A stretch of 64,000 nucleotides of DNA, taken from the NCBI GenBank assembly GCA_017621475.1, contig JAGATA010000027.1, positions 1,084 to 65,083 on the forward strand, in the 5' to 3' direction. Both the position numbers and the translations under genes were made by a program. The notes below the pieces were generated by a model, which worked only from the letters and a program-made list of their open reading frames with translations, did not search any database and was not told the DNA's origin. The stretch is from Clostridia bacterium. GTDB taxonomy: Bacteria; Bacillota; Clostridia; Oscillospirales; CAG-272. Shown here piece by piece: positions 10,368 through 19,807 of this stretch (its first letter is position 1; each line of letters starts with the position of its first letter).

Positions 10368-11855
10368 ATGCGTCTTAAAATAAATGGCGGTATAAGTGAA
10401 TATTACGCTCAAACACTTTGCTTGCTCTTTTTTCCGGGATCTAAATTTTCTGCTAAAAACGAAAAACATCCCGACGAGCCTTTTGCGGAAATAACTTTGA
10501 CAGAAGATTCTGAAAATTCAATTGTTACTGTATATTTATCTCATTTGGGCAAAGAGGCCACTTCAACATACGCTGAACCTAAAAGTAAATATTCCTCTAT
10601 GGAGAGAGGCGCTAACATTGCTTGCGGAAAGGCATTTTTTGAAGCAGGCAAGAGCTTGCGCGGGATATCTCCACAGTGGGGAATACTTACGGGTATAAGA
10701 CCTTCAAAATTCATAATGGATCTTATGAATCTTGGAAATACACGTTCTCAGGCGGTAAAGATCCTTAAAGAAGATTTTTTAGTAAATCCGAAAAAGGCGA
10801 ACATTGCGGCTGATATTGCTTGCGCAGAACAGCATCTTATAGAAAATATGGATAAGGATAGCTGTAGCTTATATATTTCCATTCCTTTTTGTCCTTCAAG
10901 ATGTCACTATTGTTCTTTTGTATCTTATTCTTCGCCCAAGCTCCTCTCTCTTATAGATGATTATTTGGAAAAGCTGTGTTTTGACATTTCTGAAACTGTT
11001 GATATGATAAATGCGCTTGGCCTTAAATTATCTACGATATATATTGGTGGAGGAACCCCAACTACGCTTAGTGAAAAGCAACTCAACAAGTTGTTTTCTA
11101 CAATTTTGCAAAAAATAGATGTAACAGAAATAGATGAATTTACCCTTGAAGCGGGAAGACCGGATACCATTACCCCAGCAAAACTTGCCGAAGCAAAGAA
11201 TGCGGGCGTTACACGAGTAAGCATAAATACGCAAACGTTCAATGATGAAGTGCTTGAGATGATAGGAAGAAAGCACACATCCAAAGATTTTTATAATGCT
11301 TTCGAAATCGCAAGAAATTCCGGTATACCAAACATAAATACGGATTTGATTGCAGGGCTTCCGGGGGAAGGATTCCAAAGCTTTTCTTATTCTATCGATA
11401 AACTCATCAAGCTTCGTCCTGAAAATATAACGATACATACGCTTTGTATTAAAAATGCTGCTGATTTTTCAAAAATAAAGAGTGAAATATACAAAAAGAA
11501 TGTTCGTGATGTTACAAAATGCGTAGATTATTCTCAAATCGCTGCAAAAAATGCAGGGTATCTCCCATACTATATTTATCGACAGAAAAATTCCGTTGGA
11601 AATTTAGAGAATGTTGGTTTTGCACTCCCCGGTACTATCGGGAAATACAATATATATATGATGGATGAGATACAAAGTATATTTTCCGTTGGCGCAGGAG
11701 CTGTTTCTAAGCTTGTTTCTTCGGATAAATCCAAAATACAAAGAATATTTGAATACAAATATCCATATGAATATTTATCAGACACCGAAGGTCAAAAACG
11801 CGCTGAAAAGCGCGCTACAATAGAGAAATTCTATTCAGAAATAAGAGGGACATAA
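10368..11855 (+). CDS. hemZ: Radical SAM protein, HemN/HemZ-like (oxygen-independent coproporphyrinogen dehydrogenase family)
   Basis: CPSRCHYCSF radical-SAM cluster motif and IYIGGGTP. About 495 aa, with the N-terminal extension typical of the HemZ subgroup. Confidence 0.65.
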   Translation: MRLKINGGISEYYAQTLCLLFFPGSKFSAKNEKHPDEPFAEITLTEDSENSIVTVYLSHLGKEATSTYAEPKSKYSSMERGANIACGKAFFEAGKSLRGISPQWGILTGIRPSKFIMDLMNLGNTRSQAVKILKEDFLVNPKKANIAADIACAEQHLIENMDKDSCSLYISIPFCPSRCHYCSFVSYSSPKLLSLIDDYLEKLCFDISETVDMINALGLKLSTIYIGGGTPTTLSEKQLNKLFSTILQKIDVTEIDEFTLEAGRPDTITPAKLAEAKNAGVTRVSINTQTFNDEVLEMIGRKHTSKDFYNAFEIARNSGIPNINTDLIAGLPGEGFQSFSYSIDKLIKLRPENITIHTLCIKNAADFSKIKSEIYKKNVRDVTKCVDYSQIAAKNAGYLPYYIYRQKNSVGNLENVGFALPGTIGKYNIYMMDEIQSIFSVGAGAVSKLVSSDKSKIQRIFEYKYPYEYLSDTEGQKRAEKRATIEKFYSEIRGT

Positions 11856-12745
11856 TGGTAGTTTATGATAAGAAATTTGAAAATCAAAATGCTATGAAAA
11901 GTTTTATAGCGGAACGAGAGCTTGCATATTGTTCTCAGGTTGAAACTATAGCAAAGCTTATTGCTCAAGATGAGAAAATAAAAATAATTACGCTGTGCGG
12001 CCCTTCCTGTGCAGGTAAAACGACTTCGTCATATATACTTGAAAAAACATTGGAAGCTATTTCGGGAATAGATTTGAAAATAATATCTATCGATGATTTT
12101 TTTAAAAACCGAAATGAAGTGGAAAATCAAGAAAATCCGGATTATGAAACGATAGCATCCATCGATTTTGACTATTTTAAAATATGTGTAAATAACATTT
12201 TAGAGGGTAAGGAAACCAAACTTCCAAAGTTCGATTTTGTAAGTGGGAACAGACAAGAAGAATATGACATATATATGCCACATAAAAAGGGTATTGTTGT
12301 TTTTGAAGGAATTCAGGCTATGTATCCTGAAATAACAGCTATTTTGCCCGCGGAATCTTCTGTATCTATTTTTATAGATATTTTGGAAGATGTATATGCA
12401 TATGGAAATCTTTTTACAAGAAGAGATGTTAGATTTTTCAGACGTCTTGTGAGAGATTTTCAATTTAGAGATGCATCCGTTAAAAAAACACGTTACCTTT
12501 GGAAAAATGTTTCACTTAACGAGAAAAATAATATATATCCGTATTCTTTCGAAGCAAAATACACGATAAATTCTTCGCTTTTATATGAGTTTAACGTTAT
12601 TAAGAAATATCTTTTGGATATGCTTGAGTACGATGAAAACGATAAATTCCTGTATGATGAAATAAAACAAAAATTTGAAAATATTCCTGATATACCTGCA
12701 GAATTTGTTCCGGAAACATCGGTATTTAAGGAGTTTATAGGTTAA
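11855..12745 (+). CDS. P-loop nucleoside/uridine kinase-like protein
   Basis: Walker A motif LCGPSCAGKTT and the layout of the uridine kinase/phosphoribulokinase family. The start codon shares one base with the upstream stop. Confidence 0.5.
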   Translation: MVVYDKKFENQNAMKSFIAERELAYCSQVETIAKLIAQDEKIKIITLCGPSCAGKTTSSYILEKTLEAISGIDLKIISIDDFFKNRNEVENQENPDYETIASIDFDYFKICVNNILEGKETKLPKFDFVSGNRQEEYDIYMPHKKGIVVFEGIQAMYPEITAILPAESSVSIFIDILEDVYAYGNLFTRRDVRFFRRLVRDFQFRDASVKKTRYLWKNVSLNEKNNIYPYSFEAKYTINSSLLYEFNVIKKYLLDMLEYDENDKFLYDEIKQKFENIPDIPAEFVPETSVFKEFIG

Positions 12746-12763
12746 AATAATAAAGAGGTAGAA

Positions 12764-14059
12764 ATGAAAATACTGTTTGATAAAGCAAATATACTGTTTC
12801 AAAACGGTAAATCTATAAAAAACGGATATCTTGTTGTTGATGGTAAAAAAATAACTTATATATCCAATATAAAACCCGAAGGCCATTTTGACAGAGTTAT
12901 AGATTGCAGCAAAAAAATGCTCTGTCCCGGTCTTTACAATTGCCACGCTCACTCTCCAATGTCTATTTTCAGAGGCTATGGTGAAAACCTTCCTCTTGAC
13001 CGTTGGCTTTCCGAAAAAATATGGCCGGCGGAAGATAAGCTCACCGAAGCGGATGTATATTTGAGTTCGATGCTATCTATCGCGGAAATGCTTAAAAATG
13101 GTATAATTTCATTCTCCGATATGTATTTTTTCTCCGAAACCACCGCAAAAACCATCATTGAAAGCGGAATAAAAGCTAATATAGGTCGTTGTATAACAGC
13201 ATTTGATGATACAATAACCGCAGAAACTGATACTCGCTTTAAAGAAGGGGTTGAACTTCATAAAACGTATCATAACGCTGCTGATGGAAGACTTAAGATA
13301 GATATGTCCATTCATGCGGAATATACCACGGTTGAAAACACCTGCCGTTACGTATCGGATTATGCCTTAGAAAACGGTATCGGTATGCAGATACATCTTT
13401 CCGAAACTGCTAAAGAGCATGCTGAGGGGATCGCACGCAGAAACGGGCTTACTCCCGCGGAATTTTTCCTTAAAACAGGCGTTTTCAGAGCTAATACTAC
13501 TGCAGCACATTGCGTTCATTTATCCGATAATGACATAAAGATATTGTCGGAAAATGGTGTTACCGCGGCGCATAACCCCGCAAGTAACCTCAAACTCGGT
13601 TCAGGAGTAATGCCACTTGCCAAGCTTATAGATGCAGGAGTAAATGTAACGCTCGGTACTGATGGTTCTGCATCTAATAATACACTAGATATACTTAAAG
13701 AAGCATATATAGCTTCCTTGCTACAAAAAGGAACTACCGGAGATACCTCTAAATTTAGAGCGGATGTTTTTGTTTCTATGGCAACGGAAAACGGCGCTAA
13801 AGCGCAGGGAAGAGTTGGTGCAGGCATACTTAAAGAAGGCGCTCCTGCGGATATTATACTTATAGATCTTAATGCAATAAATACAATTCCGTATTTTGAT
13901 CTTGCTGATACTTTTTTATTTTCGGCTAATTCATCTAATGTATATATGACTATGGTCGATGGAAAGATTCTTTATGAAAATGGTGAATTTACTACTATTG
14001 ATGAGGAAAAACTTAAATTTGACTTTTCAAATATGATAGAAAATTTTTACGGAAGATAA
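12764..14059 (+). CDS. mtaD: Amidohydrolase, 5-methylthioadenosine/S-adenosylhomocysteine deaminase-like
   Basis: Metal-binding HAHSPMS..RG motif, HLSET, AHCVHL and GTDG..SNN motifs of the MtaD/chlorohydrolase subfamily. Confidence 0.6.
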   Translation: MKILFDKANILFQNGKSIKNGYLVVDGKKITYISNIKPEGHFDRVIDCSKKMLCPGLYNCHAHSPMSIFRGYGENLPLDRWLSEKIWPAEDKLTEADVYLSSMLSIAEMLKNGIISFSDMYFFSETTAKTIIESGIKANIGRCITAFDDTITAETDTRFKEGVELHKTYHNAADGRLKIDMSIHAEYTTVENTCRYVSDYALENGIGMQIHLSETAKEHAEGIARRNGLTPAEFFLKTGVFRANTTAAHCVHLSDNDIKILSENGVTAAHNPASNLKLGSGVMPLAKLIDAGVNVTLGTDGSASNNTLDILKEAYIASLLQKGTTGDTSKFRADVFVSMATENGAKAQGRVGAGILKEGAPADIILIDLNAINTIPYFDLADTFLFSANSSNVYMTMVDGKILYENGEFTTIDEEKLKFDFSNMIENFYGR

Positions 14060-14081
14060 TTTTTGAAATGGCGGTGTAATC

Positions 14082-15698
14082 GTGACGACCGAAAAAAGAA
14101 AAGAACCGAGAATGTTTACGGGTGTCTTGCTTCTTACCATAGCGGGAATGGCAGAAAAAATCCTTGGGGTTCTTCTCAAAATACCTCTTTCAGGGTATCT
14201 CGGTGAGGAAGGTATGGGATATTTTAATTCCGCGTACAATATTTTCAGCACTTTTTATACTGTATCAATTACGGGGCTTCCCATCGCAACATCTATAATG
14301 ATATCCAGAAGCCGAATGAAAGGAAGAAAGCTGGAAATAAGCCATATTTTCAGAGTTTCTTTGTTTTTATTTGTCTTAATAGGCATTATAGGTTCTTCAA
14401 TAATGTTTTTTGGCGGTGGAGCTATTGCAAATTTGATAGATAAAAACAATAATTCGCCTTATTGCATACAAGCCATATCGCCAATACTTCTTTTTATCTG
14501 TATATCAAGTTCGATAAGAGGTTTTTACCAGGGACATCAGAATATGATGCCTTCTGCTGTATCTGAATTATTGGATGCTATAGGAAAGACGGCTCTCGGC
14601 ATTTGTTTTGGGGGGTATGCCATAACGCACGGATATTCCGTTGAGGTGGCATCGGCAGCCGCTATTGCGGGAATAACAATAGCTCATTTATTTGGTATGG
14701 GATATCTTATAATCACAAAGTGTATATCAAAACCCGATTATTCGTATTTGGATATCGATATTGATAATAGAAATACGGATTCTTATATTACAATATTCAA
14801 AAAAATGATGGGTATTGCCATTCCTATCACATTAAGTTCACTTGCACTGGGTCTTACATCAACAATAGATACGTTTACTATAAACAACATTTTGAATAAC
14901 GATCGTGCAATGGCGATATACGGAACATATACGACCTTAGCAGTAACACTTTATAGGCTTCCTCAAGCTTTTATAACACCTATAGCCTCTTCATTGACTC
15001 CAACGCTAACCGCTGCTATAGCGGCTAAAAACGAGCAAAAAACAAGGATTACTTTATACTCGTCCTTGAAAATAACGGCTGTTATATCTATTCCTTGTGC
15101 TGTTGGAATGGGAGTTTTGGCACGACCGATACTTTCTTTTTTATTCGGCGGAAGCTATAGCCTCGAAACAATAAAAAGTAATGCGCCGCTTCTTTCTATA
15201 CTGTCCATTGCTATATTTTTGATGGCTATGCTTACAATAACTTCCTCCATACTCCAATCTTACGGAAAGCAAAGCAGGCCGGTTATATCTATGTCTGTAG
15301 GAACCGTTATCAAGCTTATTTTTAATATTGCTTTAATACATCATTTTGGTATTTACGGGGCACCAATTGCTACTGTAGCAAGCTTTTTTGTTATGGCATT
15401 TATCAATTTTATATTTGTATTCAAATACGCTGATATAAAAGCTTCGATATTTAAATCATTTTTATCTCCTGCACTTATAATGATAGTTTGTGTACCTATA
15501 ACGCTCGCCTCGTTCTTTTTGTGTTCAAAAATATTTCCCATAACGCGAATAGCTACTATTGTATCTATTTTGATAACGGTAATATTTTATATAGTTGCGT
15601 TATTTGTGACAAAAACAATAGGCAAGGAAGAAATTTTGATGTTGCCAAAAGGCAAAAAAATTTACGGAAAACTTCTAAAGATGAAATTAGTAAAGTAA
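14082..15698 (+). CDS. MOP-superfamily flippase (MurJ / SpoVB / polysaccharide biosynthesis protein family)
   Basis: About 14 predicted TM helices. The N-terminal pattern K.LG.L.KIPL...LG.EGMGYFN.AY.IF is typical of SpoVB/MurJ-like proteins. GTG start; an alternative ATG lies at 14112. Confidence 0.7.
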   Translation: MTTEKRKEPRMFTGVLLLTIAGMAEKILGVLLKIPLSGYLGEEGMGYFNSAYNIFSTFYTVSITGLPIATSIMISRSRMKGRKLEISHIFRVSLFLFVLIGIIGSSIMFFGGGAIANLIDKNNNSPYCIQAISPILLFICISSSIRGFYQGHQNMMPSAVSELLDAIGKTALGICFGGYAITHGYSVEVASAAAIAGITIAHLFGMGYLIITKCISKPDYSYLDIDIDNRNTDSYITIFKKMMGIAIPITLSSLALGLTSTIDTFTINNILNNDRAMAIYGTYTTLAVTLYRLPQAFITPIASSLTPTLTAAIAAKNEQKTRITLYSSLKITAVISIPCAVGMGVLARPILSFLFGGSYSLETIKSNAPLLSILSIAIFLMAMLTITSSILQSYGKQSRPVISMSVGTVIKLIFNIALIHHFGIYGAPIATVASFFVMAFINFIFVFKYADIKASIFKSFLSPALIMIVCVPITLASFFLCSKIFPITRIATIVSILITVIFYIVALFVTKTIGKEEILMLPKGKKIYGKLLKMKLVK

Positions 15699-15709
15699 AG
15701 GAGTATATT

Positions 15710-16618
15710 ATGAAATTAAAGTTTAACGTATCGGGAAAAACACAACCGGATCCTTTTATTTTCAGAGATGATGATGGAAAGTTATATATTTACGCAACAG
15801 GCATTGATGGAATTCACGCATATTCATCGGATTCGCTCGACGGTGAATGGAACTATGAGGGAATTATTCTTACAGTTCCTCGCGGCGATGAATATTGGGC
15901 TCCGAGTATGATAAAGTTGGATGGCAGATATTACCTTTATTTTTCTTATCATATTCCCGGTATGTTTGAGCATATGCACGTTGCAGTTTCTGATAAACCG
16001 TTAGGTCCGTTCGAAAAGCCTGTGAGATTATATAAACGTTTTACAATAGATTCTCACGTAGTGAAAACAGAAGCCGGACTTTTCCTGTGGTATGCTGAAG
16101 ATAACGAAAATTGCGATCGAATCGGTACAAGAATTTTTGTTGATAAGTTGCTTGATCCGTTCACTCCGGCAAATATATGTAAAGAGGTTATAATTCCAAC
16201 TTGCGATGAAGAGATTACAGGACAACGAGAAAAAGGTCCTTGGCATACTGTAGAAGGTCCGTTTTGGTTCCACGAAGGTGAATGGCAATACGTTATGTAC
16301 AGCGCAGGAGCTTTTACAGACGATACATATCATATTGGATATGCTTGCGCAAAATCCGATGAGGAAGATCTGACTAAAGTAGATTTTGTGAAGCAAACAA
16401 ATGATGGACCCTTTAATCCTGTAATGTTTAGAAATGATGTAGAGGAAGGCGTTGGACATAATAGCGTTATAAAAATCGGTGATGAATATTATGCCGTATA
16501 TCATGCGCGTGATATAAAGAGTAAAAATTCTCAAAGTGAAGAGTATATCGAAGAAAGAACAGCTCGTTTTTGCAAACTTAACATAAAAGATGGTGTTATA
16601 ACAGCAGAACAAAAATAA
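15710..16618 (+). CDS. Glycoside hydrolase family 43 (beta-xylosidase/alpha-L-arabinofuranosidase-like), cytoplasmic
   Basis: DPFIF.DDDGKLYIYATG, YWAPSMIK.DGRYYLYFS and GHNSV motifs of the GH43 beta-propeller. No signal peptide. The ATG at 15710 is preceded by AAGGAG. The longer ORF from 15488 overlaps the upstream gene. Confidence 0.8.
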   Translation: MKLKFNVSGKTQPDPFIFRDDDGKLYIYATGIDGIHAYSSDSLDGEWNYEGIILTVPRGDEYWAPSMIKLDGRYYLYFSYHIPGMFEHMHVAVSDKPLGPFEKPVRLYKRFTIDSHVVKTEAGLFLWYAEDNENCDRIGTRIFVDKLLDPFTPANICKEVIIPTCDEEITGQREKGPWHTVEGPFWFHEGEWQYVMYSAGAFTDDTYHIGYACAKSDEEDLTKVDFVKQTNDGPFNPVMFRNDVEEGVGHNSVIKIGDEYYAVYHARDIKSKNSQSEEYIEERTARFCKLNIKDGVITAEQK

Positions 16619-16623
16619 AAGTT

Positions 16624-16658
16624 AAAAGCTTCCAGGGCAATGCGCTAGGAAGCTTTTT
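16624..16658 (+). terminator. Rho-independent terminator after the GH43 gene
   Basis: AAAAGCTTCC / GGAAGCTTTT 10-bp stem followed by a T-run. Confidence 0.8.
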
Positions 16659-16744
16659 AATTTATTCAGAAATATGATAATATAAAAATATTACTTCTAT
16701 GCCCTGAATTATACAAAATTTTCATTTTGTATAATTAGCTATAT

Positions 16745-16777
16745 CAAAAACCAGAGAAGGGATACCCCCCTCCCTTT
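16745..16777 (-). terminator. Probable terminator after the methyltransferase gene
   Basis: On the minus strand, AAGGGA-GGGGGGTA-TCCCTT is followed by CTCTGGTTTTT. It lies right after the stop at 16780. Confidence 0.45.
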
Positions 16778-16779
16778 GA

Positions 16780-17334
16780 TTATTTATATTTTATAATTTT
16801 TGGCTTTTTGGCATCTAATATTATTGAAACCATTCCCAAGGATTCGTTTGAGTTTCTGGTATCAAATCTAAAAGATCTTCCAATTTTGCCATCTTCTTTG
16901 TTCCAGTATTTATAATGGAAATTTCCACTTTCATCATAATATTCAAGAAGTTCCACCTCAAATCCTGCCTTTTCAAAAACCTTGGAAATCGTTTTATAAT
17001 CATAAAGTATTTTGTGTGAATACGAGGGATGACTTGGCTCTCCGTTACCTCCTACCTTTACCATATTTTGATACCATTCGTTACGAAAATTTTTATCAGG
17101 TACTGCTATTCTCATATATCCACCATCGCAGAGATATTTATAACAGTTTTTTGAAGCTGTAACCCCTTCTTCAATAGTCATGTGTTCCCAAACGTGTTCT
17201 GCCAAAAAGGCAGTTGCTTTTTCCCCCATTAATATTGTCTCAAAATCTTTTTCATATAGCAAATTTAATTTTGTTTCTTGTGTACTTATCTAACCATCAA
17301 TTTTTGTTTTTCCCGCGCCGATTATTATTTTCAT
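16780..17334 (-). pseudogene. Class I SAM-dependent methyltransferase interrupted by one in-frame amber codon
   Basis: The minus-strand reading frame from the ATG at 17334 gives MKIIIGAGKTKIDG*ISTQETKLNLLYEKDFE..., continuous with the 160-aa ORF at 16780-17262. The TAG at 17292-17290 sits where family members carry Trp (G-W-I), a single-base TGG-to-TAG change. Confidence 0.6.
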
Positions 17335-17352
17335 CTTATGACTCTTTAAAAT

Positions 17353-17380
17353 AAAAGCTCAAACCAAAGTTTGAGCTTTT
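17353..17380 (-). terminator. Rho-independent terminator ending the yabP...fumA-like transcription unit
   Basis: AAAAGCTCAAAC-CAAA-GTTTGAGCTTTT perfect 12-bp stem with flanking A/T runs (can act bidirectionally). Confidence 0.8.
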
Positions 17381-17385
17381 AAAAT

Positions 17386-17688
17386 TTATTTCGCAGCAAG
17401 AGCGCGTTCAAGCCATACCATACCAATATCAAGAGCATCGTAAAGACCTGACTTTTCTCCTTGCTTTATTATTTTATTCTTTTCCTGCGTTGAAAGAATT
17501 TGTACAAGAATTCTATCGGGAACTTCAAACCCATTTTCTTTTTTGTTTGTAAGTATCATAAGGAAAAGATAACATTTATCATCCATATTTCCGTAACAGA
17601 TAATATTGTTCTCTCTTACAAGAGGTTTTCCTTTATACATAATGTATTTGCCTTCAAACGGAATTTTATTTTCCATATTTTTTTCCAA
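17386..17688 (-). CDS. Hypothetical 100-aa soluble protein
   Basis: Clean ORF 21 nt downstream of the fumarase-alpha-like gene, followed by a terminator. I recognise no motif. Confidence 0.5.
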   Translation of the reverse strand: MEKNMENKIPFEGKYIMYKGKPLVRENNIICYGNMDDKCYLFLMILTNKKENGFEVPDRILVQILSTQEKNKIIKQGEKSGLYDALDIGMVWLERALAAK

Positions 17689-17709
17689 ACCTTTCTTTAT
17701 TATTTTTGT

Positions 17710-18558
17710 TTATATTATAGCCGTAGCGTGTCGCATAACGTGACAGTTTATATTGACTGCCACGGGAAGTCCGGCTATATGTGTAGGATAATATTCCACA
17801 TTTACCGCCAGCGCTGTTGTTTTTCCTCCAAAGCCTTGAGGACCTATGCCAAGTTCATTTATTTTTTCAAGAAGTTCTTTTTCGAGCTCGGCGTAAGCAG
17901 GATTGGAGTTTTGAGTTTTGCCGTTTCTTGCAAGAGCTTTTTTTGCAAGAAACGGTGCATAATCAAAAGAACCACCTATTCCAACGCCTACCATTATAGG
18001 AGGACATGGGTTAGAACCTGCTTTTTTTACGGACTCAACCACAAAATTTATAATATCTTCTTTGGAAGATGTAGGTACCATCATTTTTAGTGTTCCCATA
18101 TTTTCGCTTCCAAATCCTTTTGGGAGTGCCGTGAGGGTTATTTTATCTCCCGGTACAATAGATGTATGTATTATTGCAGGAGTATTATCTTTGGTATTAA
18201 CTCTATCAAAGAGTGGATCGTGCACTACAGATGCACGCATACGTCCTTCGGTATAAGCTTCAGAGACACCTTTGTTAACAGCATCAACAAAATTCTCCCC
18301 TGTGATATGTACATCTTGCCCAATTTCAGCAAACAATATTGCCATGCCTGTATCTTGGCATATAGGCACGCAAATCTCTTCTGCAGCAGAGAGATTATCT
18401 TTTATTGTTTGCATAACTGCTTTTCCGGTGTCGCTGATTTCGTTTTTCAAAGCTTCATTTATAAGTGAATGTTCTGTTTCGCCTAATCTGTAATTGGCAG
18501 AAATAAACAACTCTTTAACTGTTGACGTTATCTTTTCGGACAATATTTCTCTTATCAT
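17710..18558 (-). CDS. Fe-S hydro-lyase, class I fumarate hydratase / tartrate dehydratase alpha subunit
   Basis: PICQDTGMAI, GSEN and VGVGIGGSFD motifs. At 282 aa it matches the alpha (N-terminal) subunit of two-subunit class I fumarases. No beta-subunit gene is adjacent. Confidence 0.8.
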   Translation of the reverse strand: MIREILSEKITSTVKELFISANYRLGETEHSLINEALKNEISDTGKAVMQTIKDNLSAAEEICVPICQDTGMAILFAEIGQDVHITGENFVDAVNKGVSEAYTEGRMRASVVHDPLFDRVNTKDNTPAIIHTSIVPGDKITLTALPKGFGSENMGTLKMMVPTSSKEDIINFVVESVKKAGSNPCPPIMVGVGIGGSFDYAPFLAKKALARNGKTQNSNPAYAELEKELLEKINELGIGPQGFGGKTTALAVNVEYYPTHIAGLPVAVNINCHVMRHATAII

Positions 18559-18569
18559 TTTAGATCACC

Positions 18570-18848
18570 TTAGTTTCCGTTGCTGTTTTTAAAAACTATT
18601 TCGCCGGTTTTGTGGAATCCGAGCACTTCCCTTGCGTATTTTTCAATATATTCGCGTTCGCTGAGCTCGCCCTCGTATTTTAGTTCATCGACTCTGTCGC
18701 TATATTCCTTGACTGAGCTGTATAACTCATCGCGAGCTTTTTCAAGCTCCTTTATTTGAGAATTCAAAATAGCGATAGTTATACCTAAGAACAGTATTAC
18801 TACTGCAAAGACAACTTTAGGTAGTATATTTTTTTTCTTTTTTACCAT
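18570..18848 (-). CDS. divIC: Septum formation initiator (DivIC/FtsB family)
   Basis: 92 aa with a basic N-terminus, a single TM helix and a coiled coil (IKELEKARDEL...), then YIEKYAREVLGF. It occupies the conserved position after yabP-yabQ. Confidence 0.7.
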   Translation of the reverse strand: MVKKKKNILPKVVFAVVILFLGITIAILNSQIKELEKARDELYSSVKEYSDRVDELKYEGELSEREYIEKYAREVLGFHKTGEIVFKNSNGN

Positions 18849-19473
18849 TTGGTGTACTCCGATATATCAAAAATCCGCTTTTAGAATCTGCTAGAATTCG
18901 AGCAATGCGTTTTTCAGAATATTTTAATTCGTTTTGGCTTTTTATTTTAGTTATAGCCGGTTGTATGGCTTTATTATTTATAAAACGCATAAATTTTATA
19001 AAAACCGACAATGTTTGCCTTATAGGATATATTATAATATAAAATGACCAATAAAGCAAGCACCGAATTAAAAATATAATCCTTATTGAAAAATACATTA
19101 CAATTTTTCCGGCTGTAAAGAAGTATATCATAGCTCCAAATAATGAAAAGACAAAAAAATACAGTCTTATTTCACCATCGTTTACGTGATATATGAACAA
19201 TATATGGGATAACAAAGTTATTATCCAAAATATTATGTCTTCCAACAAAACAAGAATATTGGAGGATATTCTTAATGCATTTTTTAACACTTGAATTCTT
19301 GCAAGGCTTCTTTTGGGGATTTTTATCGCGTTATAGAATTTTCCTTGCGGAGCCAGGTGAGGGGTTCGGGCAATCCTTAAAATTCTGAATATGTCATAAA
19401 TTGCGCCTGTGAATATTCCTAATAATGAAGACATAATAAATGAAGCGTATGATCCGTAAAAATCGCCTATCAT
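18817..19473 (-). CDS. yabQ: Spore cortex biosynthesis membrane protein YabQ
   Basis: Multi-pass membrane protein translationally coupled to yabP (4-nt overlap). It lies in the conserved yabP-yabQ-divIC order. Confidence 0.7.
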   Translation of the reverse strand: MIGDFYGSYASFIMSSLLGIFTGAIYDIFRILRIARTPHLAPQGKFYNAIKIPKRSLARIQVLKNALRISSNILVLLEDIIFWIITLLSHILFIYHVNDGEIRLYFFVFSLFGAMIYFFTAGKIVMYFSIRIIFLIRCLLYWSFYIIIYPIRQTLSVFIKFMRFINNKAIQPAITKIKSQNELKYSEKRIARILADSKSGFLIYRSTPNGKKEKKYTT

Positions 19474-19748
19474 TTAAACATTCTCGCAAAAAAACCATTT
19501 TTTGATACTTGGGTTTTATCGTGATAAGTGATTGAATCAACTTTTCCTTCTATGGTTATCTCTCCGCTTTCCACGTTCATACTTATGATATGAAGTTCAG
19601 ACCCTTCCACCATAAGACCACCGTCCAATGTATCGAGGCATACAGAGTTTTCATCGGAGCTAACAATATCGGAAATTCCCGTTAAAATAAGAGTTGTTCT
19701 GTTTTTTAAATATAATGTTGTTGTAGTTTTTTCTTTTTGTTGTTCCAT
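19470..19748 (-). CDS. yabP: Sporulation protein YabP
   Basis: 92 aa. L.L.NR..L.LTG..DV.SFDE-like core (LKNRTTLILTGISDIVSSDENSVCLDT..G.L.VEG..LHI) is typical of YabP. Confidence 0.85.
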   Translation of the reverse strand: MEQQKEKTTTTLYLKNRTTLILTGISDIVSSDENSVCLDTLDGGLMVEGSELHIISMNVESGEITIEGKVDSITYHDKTQVSKNGFFARMFK

Positions 19749-19807
19749 ATCATTCTCCTGTAACTTGAATTTTACTCTTAAATGATATGATAAAAAATCT
19801 TCAAATA

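Noticed and set aside
15488-15709. 74-codon N-terminal extension of the GH43 ORF
   Set aside because: It overlaps the 3' end of the flippase gene in another frame. A good RBS plus ATG at 15710 gives a typical GH43 N-terminus.
17290-17292. In-frame TAG as pyrrolysine or stop-codon reassignment
   Set aside because: TAG is used as an ordinary stop elsewhere in the window (e.g. the ATP-grasp gene at 49944-49946). The gene is not a methylamine methyltransferase, and no pyl genes or PYLIS-like context are visible. A nonsense mutation or a sequencing error is more parsimonious.
17500-18090. 196-aa plus-strand ORF
   Set aside because: It is antisense to the fumarase alpha-subunit gene and the 100-aa ORF, and has no supporting signals.
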